A stretch of 64,000 bases of DNA from Squalus acanthias (taxonomy: Eukaryota), in NCBI GenBank assembly GCA_030390025.1, contig CM059433.1, positions 21,082,001-21,146,000 on the forward strand. Reading direction: 5' to 3'. Made by a program: the position numbers and the translations under genes. This document shows, piece after piece, positions 50,031 through 62,870 of the stretch (the first letter of the stretch is position 1; every line of letters starts with the position of its first letter). The notes below the pieces were generated by a model. That model ran no database searches. It saw only the letters and a program-made list of their open reading frames with translations, and was not told where the DNA came from.

Positions 50031-51360
50031 TGTGCTGCATTCCATAAAATCTGATTGCAGTAATAAAATCTGATTAATGCATGCAAATTTAAAATTCTAG
50101 TTTATTCATATGAAAAAAGATAGTTGCAATGTGTAACGAATGTAGAAAATCCTAGTAACACATTACAGTGCTCCCCATTACAATGTTAAAGGGACACTGT
50201 CTTCACCAGTAAGTACTCGGCAAATTTTACATTATTTGTTTCCAAACACAGGATGAGGTAGGAATCAACTACTTTACTCTCAAAAGTGATGCATAGCTCT
50301 TGTGGCTTTTCCACCTGTGCATATGTAGGTTTGCATAATACCTTCTTGGTGCAGACAATGCCCCTTAAATTCAAGGGTACCTTCATCACAATTGCTGTAA
50401 AGATCTTCCAATTATGTTGACAAACAAACGCTGTACAATGCACAGAAAATGAGCATATTTATGTGCTGACATCTTATATATATATACCAGAGAGTGAAAC
50501 AAGCTGCAGACGGTAGACACCCGCTTAAAGATATCCTAAATTTTAGATGCGCGCGCATTACATAAAATAAAAACTAGGTGGGAGTATTACAGGCTGTAAC
50601 ATAGCTTCTGATCACTTTTAAATTGTTTGCGCTTTCCTTTGATGGCGATGACATCAGAAGCACTTGATTATATTGCAGCCTCATAGCATCCCAGCACCCC
50701 CCGCTACCTCCTCACACACTTATCTTTTACTCTGTATGTTAATATAGAGCTGGCATGTTCTTTCAAACCATGTATTCTCATCTGAAATGACAAATTGAGC
50801 ATGAAGAATTCAGGCATATTTACTTTAGGTTTGTCTGATTAGGAGACGGTGCTGACAACACAATGCCTGTCCATTTAACAAAACAAAAATTGAATCTTAG
50901 TGCTCATTAAGGTAAGAATGTCAACGCTGGGATATTTTCCCACTTCAGTCTCAACTACACCCAGATCAGGTATTAAGTAGTCTAGATGTAAGCTAAAGCA
51001 GTTCTATGGTTCTGCTCCAAAAATGTACTGAAAATGAAACTCAGAGGAACACCACTATCCCATGTCATTGTTTTATGGTTTTCTACACAAGCCACCCTTA
51101 TGGTCTCTATAAGGAATACTGCCACTTATGGCCAAATTATGGGCAGCATTGTGCTGTGGATCCACTAATTAAGCACTGGCTTTTCACTGTTCAAACCCCA
51201 TTTCACGTATAATCATTATGGCCATCATAAAGTGTAAACTTTCATTCCAACAGTGTGGTCTGGAACCAAACTCAACACCCAGAGATGAAATACAGATTGA
51301 TGTGGTGAATTTTAAGGAAATGGGATTATGTCAACTACATTGCTAATCTGTGGACTGTAA

Positions 51361-52743
51361 AATTACATAGAATTACAAAGAATTTACAGTAACAAAATAG
51401 GCCATTCAGCCCAACTGGTCCATGCCAGTGTTTATGCTCCATCCGAGCAACATTTCCTTTTATTCCCTTCTCCCTCATATACTTATCCATCTTCCCCTTA
51501 AATGTATCTCTGCGATTTGTCTCAACTGCTCCATGTGGTAGCGAGTTCCACATTCTAACCACTCTCTGGGTAAAGAAGTTCTCCTGAAATCCGTATTGGA
51601 TTTAATTGGTGACTATCTTATATTTATGACCCCAAGTTTTGGTCTCCCCCACAAGTGGAAACATTTTCTCTACGTTTACTGTATCAAACCCATTCATAAT
51701 TTTAATGACCTCTAATGGGTCACCCCACAGCCTTCTCTTTTCTAGAGAAAAGAGCCCCAGCCTGTTCAGCCTTTCCTGATAGTTATAACCTCTCAGTTCT
51801 GGTATCATCCGTGTAAATCTATTTTGCACCTTCTCCAGTGCCTCTATATCCTTTTTGTAATCAGGGGCGCGATCTTGCCAGCACTGGGGAGGTGGGTATG
51901 GAGGCGGGACTGCTGGGAAAAAAATGGCAGAATCTGGGGGCGGGTGCCAAACCCGCCCCCAAACCGCCTCCGTGCCATCTTGCCAGGAGGCGGGCAGCTG
52001 ACCCACGCCAGGTCCCATCTCCTTGGAGGCAGGAAGGGGATTAGTGCCACTTATCTGCCTGTTAACAGGCAGTTAACAGGCAGATAAGAGGATTATCCCC
52101 ATTTTACCCACACAAGTGCGGGCTTCCCGAAGGCTCCGAACCCCGCCAGGGTCACCGAGGCGAGTAGTGGGTCTGCGGGGGTCGGAGGGGTGCAAAAGTG
52201 CGCTGTGAAGGTAAGTGATGGGTGCAAGTGTGGAGAGGTGAGTATGTGAGGTAAGTGGAAAGTGATAGAAAAAGTTTACTTACCTTTGTTTCTTCCTGCA
52301 GGCTTCAAGAGTTGGGTATGTGGAGAGTCTCGCACCTCCGCGGCAGAGATGACAGATGGCTGCTTCATTCTCCAATGCAGCAACCATCTAATTTCTGCAA
52401 AAGAAAGAGCTTTGATGAGTCTTGAATTCAAGAACTCATCAAACAACATAGAATGTCAGTGTTTGACAGCTTCACAGAGCTGTCAAACGATGACAATTCA
52501 TCTGTCAAAAATTTTTGACAGATGAAACGTCATACGTTGACGTTCTCTGTAACCGGCTCTCCCTTAATTGGCCTGCTAAGCCCGCTGGGCGGCTTAACAA
52601 GGTCAATCAAGGGAAAATAGCGTGGGTTGGCCAGAAGTTGATGGAGGCGGGACTGAAACCCAACAAGTGGGTGTCCCGCCTCCAAAAGCTCCCCATTGGC
52701 AAAATCCAGCCCATGGAGACCAGAACTGTGCACAGTATTCTAG
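51361..52743 (-). mobile_element. CR1 LINE 3' fragment interrupted by MITE C copy 1
   Basis: YKKDIEALEKVQNRFTRMIP...EKRRL; resumes as gagaccagaactgtgcacagtattc after the MITE. Confidence 0.9.
51865..52712. mobile_element. PIF/Harbinger-like MITE, family C, copy 1
   Basis: TIR gggcgcgatcttgcc / ggcaaaatccagccc; reverse complement of 55386-56213; TSD not cleanly preserved. Confidence 0.88.
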
Positions 52744-52832
52744 TGATTCCCGGATGTCAATATTCACTCATGATTGTCTGCTTGATGTAGTAATGTGGTT
52801 GCCATGAAACACTGATACCGCTGAGAAACCAA

Positions 52833-52951
52833 GGGAGTAATTTTGACTTTGGGCGATATTGATTCAGCCAATTGGGAGAGATGTATCTGAAGGTGGTGGC
52901 TGAATCAATATTGCCCATTTTACACTAACACCCGAAGTTAAAATTACCCTC
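52833..52951. mobile_element. Short palindromic MITE, family F
   Basis: gggagtaattttgac / gttaaaattaccctc ends; gggcgatattgattcagcca / tggctgaatcaatattgccc inverted repeat. Confidence 0.6.
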
Positions 52952-52973
52952 ATAATGTGAGGAACAGTATCTA

Positions 52974-53664
52974 GGCCTGGCATTTCCTCCTTGGGTGCCC
53001 AATATTGTGCCCATTTTCACAAGGTCAAGTTACGCCCAAGTATCCTCCCAGTTTCATTAGAACTTAAAATGGGCGTAAACGGGTATAAGTCCGCATAAGT
53101 ATTCAGGGCCCAAAGAAACACCAAACCCACACCAGTATATTTCTGCTTTGAGTCGTCAAATTTAAATTTGAACTGATTTAACTATCTTTCACATACATCA
53201 GTCACAGCATGTTTAAGATCCTGTAATCGGGGAAGCTTTTTAATTTTTAATGTGACATAATTATGCCATAAAAATGCATTAAAAGAAACAGAAAATACAG
53301 AGCAGGTCTCAGTGAGGATAATTTATTTTTTAAAACCCCTCAAACAATTGGAATTAATAGACCAGAAAAAAAAAACGTTGTTTCCTATGCGCCTAAAAAT
53401 CTGGCCGCAATGTTGAGAGATCCCCGAACAAGCACAATGGGAGGATCATTTGAGAGTCAGGGGCACTGTTAGTTTTGTGGGCATAGATTCGTTTGGACTG
53501 CGGGTTTGATGGACGGACGTAAAACATTGAAGAGACTTGGGCGTATTGTAGCTACGCGTGTAACTCACTTATGTCCAAAATTCCTCGATCCTTTAAATCA
53601 CGTAATTTGTTTGCGTCCAGATTACGTGTGTCTCTGGACACAAATGCGGAGGGAATTCTAGACC
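52974..53664. mobile_element. MITE family D (older)
   Basis: TIR ggcctggcatttcctcc / ggagggaattctagacc (13/17); TSD CTA; AT-rich core. Confidence 0.7.
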
Positions 53665-53965
53665 CTAGAATTAGCTGATGAAAATCATTTCATTTCCTCT
53701 GATTAAGTAAATATTTTTCTGTACTATATTTTTAACCCCTTCATAATTAGTTAGAATCATTGATGAGCTAATAAAGCAAGGAATAGTTGGCCACAAATAC
53801 TGGTGAGTGACATGGTTTGTCTGAATGTCATGTGAAGCTGCAGTACAGTAAGACACTCAAACGTTGTGACAGGTGGAGGATTTCTGTATTATATTTTTAC
53901 ATGGGTGGAGCAATATGTTTTTAAAATTGGTTTCAGCTATCAATATCTCGAAGGCAATCCTCATT

Positions 53966-54420
53966 GGCTTAGAAATTCGATGGCACCGCGCCCGATTTCT
54001 GGGCACTAAACAGGCGCCAAGCCTCCAATATGGCGGGCAGGAAGCGTACGCTCACGCAGGAAGCTGGAATTGTGTCGCCCGCCATATTGGTGTAGGTAAA
54101 AATAGGCCTAGAAATTCAAAGTGTTTGCGCTGGCCGTTAAGGCCCGTTTTGGGGTACAAATTGGCGGCCACCTCACTTTCGCCCGTTGCTGGTGGGTCCT
54201 ATGGCGGCTGCCATTTTCAGCAAGTCGGCAGTGCTGCCGTTGCCTGCGCTCGCTGAAAGTATTGTAATTAGTTGGAGTGTGATGCCAATCGGCGTGCAAC
54301 GCCGAGTTGACACCCGCTGATCTATTTTGGATATTGCTGCTCCTCTTGCCGCCCTCTCCAAAGGACGCCCATGCGTGCAGTCACTAAAAGCGCTCCAGCA
54401 GCGTAATTAGCCATGAGGAC
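53966..54420. mobile_element. Truncated or nested MITE ends
   Basis: Two starts ggcttagaaattc (53966) and ggcctagaaattc (~54105) of the same TIR class; partner ends not found. Confidence 0.45.
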
Positions 54421-55385
54421 TCTTCAAGTGACAAATGTAAGACAGCCAGGACTATTATCTCCATGTAGCAGTGTTTATATTAATCGCAAGCCTAGGTCTT
54501 GAGAGCTAACCCTTGAGATTTGTAGGCAAAGTTTTTTTTTCCAGTGGTTTGCTTATTTGAAACTGTCCTGCCTGAGATTGTAATACTGAATGTGTAACAA
54601 ATGGGAAGATGCAGAATATTGCAAGTGATTACTTCTGAGTGACTAGAAGAGTAAGCTTGTGATTTGGATTAGGAATCACCTATGGATGTTCAGTGTTTCG
54701 ATCTCTGAAATCTGAAGTGTGAATTCAAATTCTTTAAGTTATCAGATATGAGTACACTGTCCTCAGCATGGAATAGTAAAAAGCCCTCAGCTGTCAGACC
54801 CTCCTAAGCCGGTGACTAAAGTGTCCTCAGCATATCAATGAAATTGTGACTGCTGTATAATGATTTCAAAAATTACAAAGCGCTGAATTTGCTCGTTCCT
54901 GTGCTATATCTTTTTCTTCCTGATTCATGAAAATTTAAACAAGCATTTAAAATAAAGAGCTTGGCTTAGTCTCTATTCCTTTAGAATGAGATGTGTGGTA
55001 AAGTGATGGGGAGAGTCCTTGAAAGCATTAAATGGGCCATTGTGGCTCAATGTCAAAAGAAAAAATGAAGTGTGATCCCTTTCAACAACTCTGAATGCTG
55101 CGTGCCTTCTTCAGCACTGTAAGAGGTACAGACTTCCGAGAATTAATTTGCCTTGTTGTACGCCCACACCCTCTCCCCTTCTCGTCCGATCCCATAAAAC
55201 CCAAAGTACGATCAAACCACAGACTTCCCCGGGGCAGTCGACAGACTCCCCACAAATGCATAAACAAGTTGCTGAACCCTTTTTCCATCTGTAGAAATTT
55301 TGTGAGCTGGAGCCTGAGCTGATTTAAAAGATGACTTTCACAGATAGGTTCCGGAGCTTTGCTTGTGTCACTTTGATGCACTTTA

Positions 55386-56213
55386 GGGGGTGATTTTGCC
55401 AATGGGGGCGCGTTGGAGGCGGGACTGCTGCTTGTTGGGTTTTAGTCCCGCCTCCATCGACTTGTGGCCAACCCACGCTATTTTCGGGAGAAAGTGAGGT
55501 GGCCGCCAGCGGGCTTAGCAGGCCAATTAAGGGGAAGCCGGTTACAGAGAACGTCAACGTATGACGTTTCATCTGTCAAAAATTAATGACAGATGAATTG
55601 TTATCGTTTGACAGCTCTGTGAAGCTGTCAAACACTGACATTCTCTGTTGTTTGATGAGTCCTTGTATTCAAGACTCATCAAACCTCTTTTGTGAGCAGA
55701 AATTAAATGGTTGTTGCATCGGAGAATGCAGCAGCCATCTGTCATCTCTGCCGGTGAGATGCGAGACTCTCCGCATCCCCAACTGTTGAAGCCTGCAGGA
55801 AGAAACAAAGGTAAGTAAACTTTTTCTGTCACTTTCCACTCATCTCACATATTTACCTCTCCACACTTGCACCCATCACTTACCTTCACAGTGCACTTTT
55901 GCACCCCTCCGACCCCCACAGACCCACTGCGCGCCTCGGTGACCCTGGCGGGGTTTCCCGACGTCGGGAAGCCCGCGCTTCTGGTGGCAAAATGGGGATA
56001 ATCCTTTTCACTACCTGTTAACTACCTGTTAATAGGCAGTTATGTGGCTGTAATCCCCTTCCTGCCTCCAGGAGACGGGACCCGGCACAGGTCGGCTACC
56101 CGCCTCCTGGGAAGATGGCACGGAGGCGGGTTGGGGGCGAGATGGGCACCTGCCCCCAGATTCTGCCATTTTCCCAGCAGTCCCGCCTCCCCAGGGCTGG
56201 CAAAATCCAGCCC
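55386..56213. mobile_element. PIF/Harbinger-like MITE, family C, copy 2
   Basis: TIR gggggtgattttgcc / ggcaaaatccagccc; TSD TTA (55383-55385, 56214-56216). Confidence 0.92.
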
Positions 56214-56216
56214 TTA

Positions 56217-56696
56217 GTGTCAGCTGTGGCTCAGTTGGTAGCACACTCGCCCCTGAGTCAGAAGGTTGTGGGTTCAAGCCCCACTCCAGGGACTTGAGCA
56301 CATAAATCTAGGCTGACACTCCAGTGCAGTGCTGAGGGAGTGCTGCACTGTTGGAGGTGCTGAGTTTTGGATGAGACGTTAAACCTGCTCTCTCAGGTGG
56401 ACGTAAAAGATCCGATGACACTATTTTGAAGAAGAACAGGAGAATTATCCCCAGTGTCCTGGCCAATATTTATCCCTGGTGTCCTGGCCAATATTTATCC
56501 CTCAACATAACAAAAACAAACAGATTATCTGGTCATTATCACATTGCTGTTTGTGGGAGCATGCTGTGCGAAAATTGGCTGCTGTGTTTCCCACATCAAA
56601 ACAGTGACTCCACTTCAAAAGTACTTCATTGGCTGTAAGGTGCTTTGAGATGCCCAGCGGTCGTGAAAGGCGCTATATAAATGCAAGTCTTTCTTT
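56217..56696 (+). mobile_element. SacSINE1-like Deu-SINE, full length
   Basis: A box tggctcagttgg, B box ggttcaagccc, Deu-like core, tail gaaaggcgctatataaatgcaagtctttc; 25-bp internal duplication at 56454-56502. Confidence 0.88.
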
Positions 56697-57585
56697 TAAA
56701 CACGAGGGAGCTTTCTCCACAAAAGCTGAATGCAATGCTGTAACATTGATTGGTGAGCAGGTGATAAGTAAATTGTTGTAACAAATACGGCAAATGTTCT
56801 GTACAGGGCCTATAGCTTCACTCATTTCTTCCTCGTTCTCCTTAATGGCAAGTGGGACACAGACGCGACCTTCGGCCTCCTGCTGAGCTTAGTGCTGGAA
56901 AGAGCGCGTTACACCACAAATTCTCCGCACCGCTGATGTTAATTAGCAGGCAGCACCAAAACACCGGTGCTGCCTGCGCTCTCTCTGCGGGCGGCCGTTA
57001 GCCTTGGCTGGCGCTGTTACTGGCAAGTTTCCGGCCTACTTGCCCACACCTGAAATGGGCATTAGGCGCTTTACATATGCAAATAAGGGGTCTATCATGT
57101 GTTTGAGGCCCCCTGTGCAAAATTGGATTGCTCCCTCACACGCATAGCATCCATAGCAGGTTTCAGTTTATGGAAGACTTAGCTAAATTATGAAAATTGT
57201 CTTTCTATTTTGAGCACATGTTAGAAATAGTGGAAGAAAGCCAGAACTATAACAAGCGTGTTTATTCCAAAAAAAAACTGCGACATATAGCAGAAGTCTT
57301 AACTCCTGTCATATCAGATCAGGTTTGGGTTATGAGAGTAGAATGATAACATAGTCTTGTGTCATATTTAAGCCATAAAAGGATGTTTGATTCCCTGCTG
57401 GTGAAAGCTCGAACAGACTGCTGACAACAAGGAACAGGCTTCTCTTAAGACTACGCTGAAATGTTAAGAAGTTTGAGTAATAGAAAGAGGTTGATGCAGT
57501 AAAATGCTTTGTCAGAGTGACATCTGTGATCTCCATATGGCGAGTCTCCCAACTCCCTGAGGTAGTGCATTGGCTAAATAGACTT

Positions 57586-57751
57586 GCCTAGATTTTCCAC
57601 GGAGGTTCTCCCGATCATCTGCCACAACTTAGGCGGAAGATTGGCAGAAACCCTGGAGAAACGATGTAATTCGCCATTTATACCATTTCTCCGCGCTTTT
57701 CTGCCGCCTTTACGGCAGATGATTGGGAGAACCCCTGCGGAAATTCTACCT
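57586..57751. mobile_element. Short palindromic MITE
   Basis: ~37-bp inverted ends tagattttccacggaggttctcccgatcatctgcc / ggcagatgattgggagaacccctgcggaaattcta. Confidence 0.7.
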
Positions 57752-58708
57752 CACTATTGTTTCACCTCTGGGAGGTGGGTTCAAATCCAACCCACGTAGA
57801 TATGATAAAAAAAACCTCTTCTATCTGTTCTGATATCAGGAGTGTACGCAAGAGAAATTCAGGAGTGTGAGCCCACATCCAATGACTTCATACAGCATCT
57901 CCAGCATTTGAAGTTTGACTCAAATGTTTTGAAATTGGTAGCTTCAGACGTGAGGTGCAATGCAATGAGCTCATTGCACCAATTGCAATGTCGCATTGTC
58001 TCTGTTTACAAATATTTACGAGGTGATCATGATCCTTTAATACATCATGTAAGTTAACAAAAGGTCAAGGAGTGCAACATATTCAGCAGTGCCATAGATT
58101 ACCCAAGTACGGTCAATGGAAGTAACATACAGGATCACATCATTTACATTAGCAGAAGGTCAGGAAGAAAATGGTATTCGAACAGTAGGGAAAGAAATCA
58201 ATTTAAGTATAATGGTTATTTGATTAATGACTAAGTTACTTAATAGAATCATAAAATAATTATACCCCTTGTTCTGATTCAGTAAAAGGATTTTAACAGC
58301 AGTAAGTTCATTATATGTACTCTCATGCTGACATGGAACCATCCTAGGATCCTAATATTCAAATGTCATTCAGTTGGAACTTGAGATAAAAGAAATGAAT
58401 GACGGTATAATTTCGAAGAGCATTTAGAAGAGCTCGTACTATTATTAGTGCACTGTGGGGGCATCAGCAGTAAGCAGGAATCAGTGCCATCCATTGCTCT
58501 CTGCTGAGCCAGCCTGTCATCTTTTAGTCTCCTGTAGCAACCAAAATTACTTTAAAGCACATTTCATGTGCCAGTAATCAATTGCATTGCAACCCATCTC
58601 TTTTCTCATTCACTTCAATTTTTTTTTTATCTTACCAGCAATGTTATAGTAAAGGGAATGTTTAACAAATGTGTACTCCATTAACCTTTTATGAGCTTCA
58701 GACTTTCT

Positions 58709-58845
58709 GGGAGTAACTTTGACTGGCCGATATCAGATCGGCCGCCCATTTATATATCTCTCCCGATTTTCATTTCCATTGAAGTCAAGGGAGTTGAAAA
58801 CTGGAAGAGGTGTACATCAGGTGGCTGATTCCATATTGCCCGTGT
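58709..58845. mobile_element. Short palindromic MITE, family F (partial)
   Basis: gggagtaactttgac start and tctctcccgattttca...gaagtcaa core like 44758 and 52833. Confidence 0.5.
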
Positions 58846-59762
58846 TAGGAGCTTTCATTTGTTTGTGAATCTGAAGATCTGATCCTGCTAAAAGGTGTGC
58901 AAGACTTCTCGATGGATCCACATCCTCTCTGAAGCATACAGATCCTCCAAATAAACTGCTTGAGGAACAGAGTACATATGAATCAAAGTACAGTCAGTGA
59001 TTGATGCTCAAACGCCTCTCCCTCTCCCCCTGCACAATGCTCATGCCCACTACCTTGCTCACCCACCCAATATGACCAACAGCACCTTTAAGGATAATTG
59101 ATGCACATTCCACAACTAGGGCACCAGAGAAAGCCAACATTTACTGGCTGTGAAAATGCCAGAAAGCTTCCTGTAGAGAAAATGAGAATCAGACATGTCT
59201 GCAATCGACCATCAAAAGGCTTCAAACAATTGGACACTTCCCTTCATTCAATTAAAAATTCGTTTTCGTCTCCACCAGACAATCAGTGATAAATGTAAAC
59301 TTTAAAGCAACATATTTTAAAAGGCTTTCCCATTGGTAAAGGCTTGGGAGCAGGTTGTGCAGCACAGGAAAACCCAGGGAAGGGTAATAGCACCGAGGGA
59401 GTGGGTTAACATTCTCTTTACACTTTGGGAAACTGCAGTGAATGCAACCTGGATTGATGGGATCAACTGTCCACTGATGGATCTCGAAGAATGGATAGTC
59501 TCAACCCACTTTCCAGTGAGCATAACCCCATCAACCCCGCACAGCCCGCTTCTACCTCCTTCCCAAGATCCACAAACAGGACTGCCCTGGTAGACCCATC
59601 GTTTCAGCCTGTTCTTGCCCCACGGAACTTATCTCTTCCTATCTCGACTCTATTTTTTCTCCCCTTGTCCAGTCTCTTCCCACCTACATCCACGACTCTT
59701 CCAACGCCCTCCACCACTTTAACAGTTTCCAGTTTCCCGGCCCCAACCACCTCCTTTTCACT

Positions 59763-61127
59763 ATGGACGTACAATCCCTCTACACCTCCATCCCCCACCA
59801 GGATGGCCTGAGGGCGCTCCGCTTCTTCCTTGAACAGAGGCCCAACCAGTCCCCATCCACCACCACCCTCCTCTGCCTGGCTGAACTTGTTCTCACATTG
59901 AACAACTTCTCCTTTGACTCCACTCATTTCCTCCAAATCAAAGGTGTTGCTATGGGTACCCGCATGGGTCCTAGCTATGCCTGCCTTTTCGTGGGATATG
60001 TGGAACACTCTTTGTTCCAGTCTTACTCGGGTCCTCTCCCTCACCTCTTTTTCCGGTACATTGATGATTGTATCGGTGCCATCTCCTGCTCTCGCCCTGA
60101 ACTAGAAAATTTCATTCACTTTGCTTCCAATTTCCACCCTTCCCTCACCTTCACATGGTCCATCTCCGACTCTTCCCTTCCCTTCCTCGACTTCTCCGTC
60201 TCCATCTCTGGGGATAGGTTATTGACAAACATTCACTACAAGCCCACTGACTCCCACAGCTACCTGGACTACACTTCCTCCCACCCCGCTTCCTGCAAGG
60301 ACTCTATTCCATTCTCCCAGTTTCTCCGTCTCTGCCGCATCTGCTCTGACGATGCCACCTTCCATACCAGTGCTTCCGACATGTCTTCCTTTTTCCTCAA
60401 CCGAGGATTCCCCTCTACGGTGGTTGACACGGCCCTCGACCGTGTTTGTTCTATCTCCCGCACTTCTGCCCTCACCCCTGCCCCTCCCTCCCGGAACCAC
60501 GATAGGGTTTCCCTTGTCCTCACCTTTCACCCCACCAGCCTCCACATTCAACGTATCATCCTCCGCCATTTCCGCCACCTCCAGCGTGATCCCACCACCA
60601 AACGCATCTTCCCCTCACCTCCTCTTTCAGCATTCCGTAGGGACCACTCCCTCCGCGACACCCTAGTCCACTCCTCTATCACCCCCAGCACCCCTGCCCC
60701 TTCTCCCGGCACCTTCCCATGCAAGCGCAGGAGATGCAACACATGCCCTTATACCTCCCCCCTTCCCACTGTCCAGGGCCCCAAACACCCCTTCCAGGTG
60801 AAACAGCGATTTACTTGTACTTCTTGCAATTTAGTATACTGTATTCGCTGCTCACGATGTGGTCTCCTCTACATTGGGGAGACCAAACACAGATTGGGTG
60901 ACCGCTTTGCGGAACACCTCTGTTCAGTCCGTAAGGGGGACCCCGAGCTCCCGGTGGCCTGTCACTTTAATTCACCGCTTCACTCCCACTCTGACCTCAC
61001 CGTCCTCGGCCTCTTGCATTGTTCCACGGAAGCTCAGCGTAAGCTCGAGGAACAGCAGCTCATCTTTCGATTCGGCATTCTACAGCCCTCTGGACTCAAC
61101 ATAGAGTTCAACAATTTCAGATCATAA
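59763..61127 (+). pseudogene. Penelope RT core + GIY-YIG endonuclease (454 aa open; N-terminus truncated and frameshifted ~59750)
   Basis: RYIDD; LPFLDF; YKPTDSHSYL; CKRRRCNTC; VYCIRC...LYIGET; GLN. Confidence 0.92.
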
Positions 61128-61446
61128 CCTCGGCCCCTATCATATATATATATATATATATTTTTATCCACACTTTTTGTTTGGCCTTTTTTCTTCCCTC
61201 CCACATGGCAGCTGTCCTTCATTCTGCCAGCGCAATTCACACACCATCTAGAGCCATCCTTTGTTCCTTAACCTGTCACATTACCACCTCCTCTTGTCTT
61301 GAATATCTCTTAATGTCTCTCAATGTCTCTCAATCTCTCCTGCTTTCTATCCTATCACTGACCTTCCCTTTTGTTCTTTCATCCCCTCCCCCATTTCCCC
61401 GCCCCTAAACCTGCTTTAAAATCTATTCCATTTCCTGCTTTTTTCC

Positions 61447-61483
61447 AGTTCTGACGAAAGGTCTTCGACCTGAAACGTTAACT
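61447..61483 (+). ncRNA. Minimal type I hammerhead ribozyme motif in Penelope 3' repeat
   Basis: AGUU-CUGACGA-A-AGGUC(UUC)GACCU-GAAAC-GUU-AACU. Confidence 0.78.
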
Positions 61484-62624
61484 CTGTTTCTCTCTCCACG
61501 GATGCTGCCTGGCCTGCTGAGTTTTTCCAGCGTTTTCTGTTGTTATTTTGGATTTCCAGCATCCGCAGTATTTTGCAATTGTATAAGCCCTGTCACAACT
61601 TGTTCACTCCTCATATTCAATCAGAAAAGTATAGCTGCTTTGAAAATTGCAAATGAGAATTGCAAATGTTGTACAGGAACTAGCTCTTCTGATGTTCAAG
61701 TTAAGGCACTTTGGGATAGAATAGTAGGATCTTTATGTTTCAGTTATATTATTACTGCTAATTTTACAGAGGTATCATTTTGGGAGCAGTGAAACCGGAT
61801 AGCATGGAGTTAAGCTGTTTGTCGACAGATCACAAATCTCATGAATCAGTTTTGGGGAATCTTTCTTATTGTTCGGTACTTCAGGTGAACAGAAGCTTAA
61901 TGTTGCAAGATCCAGTCTTTACATGAATATTAGCGATTGAATTTCATAGAATAGTTCTTCAAATAAGCATTGAGGGCTCCTGAGTATTCTACCCATTTTC
62001 AGGCACAACCAGAGAACAAAGCTATCTGTTTTAATCTGTGTTAGAGATGTAACAGAAAATCAAGTGGAATACTGTGTATTGAAATTCCAATTTGCACAGC
62101 ATCCATCTTATTGCAAACATTCATCATATTCTATTGTACAGTGAAGAATGATTACATTTCAGTGCAGATGCACTGAATCTGATGTATATTAATCATTTGT
62201 GTGACAGTTTTTCTGACCAATTATTTATTTCAGTTACTTAATTGCAGCCAATTTGTGAGCTCTGTGACTTCAATTTTAGTGTTTTCTTTTCCAGAAATGT
62301 ATCAGCAAAGAAATATTTAATTCTCAAAATAAAACTTTGCTGAAAATAAACTTGGAAATATAAAGATGTTTTGGTGGTGGATCCTGTTGGTGTACCAATA
62401 TGTTGTGCCCTGAAACCTAGATTAAAGATTTGCTGTTGCAATTCTTCCACCCCTTCCTCCCTCGATACATGCCAAACAGCATTGTATCAAGGTGACATGG
62501 TGACATTTTACGTTTCAATCCATGAGTCACCTTGTTAAAGTTTCACAAGAAAATCTGCTTTTTTCACTGGGATTTGAAGTGGTCAGTATGAGTCAATCAG
62601 ATCAGTTCGAAGATTGGACAGGAA

Positions 62625-62870
62625 GCTATTGGAATCCGAGGGGCGATGAGGAGACTTTTTTTTTACGCAGTGAGTTGTTATGATCTGGAACGCACTGACT
62701 GAAAGGGTGGTGGAAGCTGATTCAATTGTAATTTTCAAAAGGGAAATGGATATATGCTTGAAAAGGAAACATTTGCAGGGCTTTGCGGAAGGAGCAGGAG
62801 AGTTCAAAGAGCCAGCACAGGAACGATGGGCTGAATGGCCTCCTTCTGTGCTGTATGATTCTACAATCAT
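62625..62870 (+). mobile_element. CR1 LINE 3' fragment (older)
   Basis: FFTQ.VVMIWNAL.ERVVEA...FKREMD and tail gctgaatggcctccttctgtgctgt. Confidence 0.8.

Larger units (their letters stand above)
59530..61576 (+). mobile_element. Penelope-like element, 5'-truncated, young
   Basis: FYLLPKIHK..PGRPIVS, MDVQSLYT, GVAMGT, RYIDD, GIY-YIG domain, 3' repeat with hammerhead. Confidence 0.96.

Noticed and set aside
50186..50443. Other possible host exons (also 11288-11545, 57842-58057, 62238-62450)
   Set aside because: Acceptor-like sites exist but no recognisable protein, clear donor or consistent exon chain.
56217..56290. tRNA gene
   Set aside because: It is the tRNA-derived head of a SINE and continues directly into the SINE body.
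60219..60742. Antisense ORFs over Penelope, CR1 and L2
   Set aside because: Shadows of the coding strand's codon bias, not independent genes.
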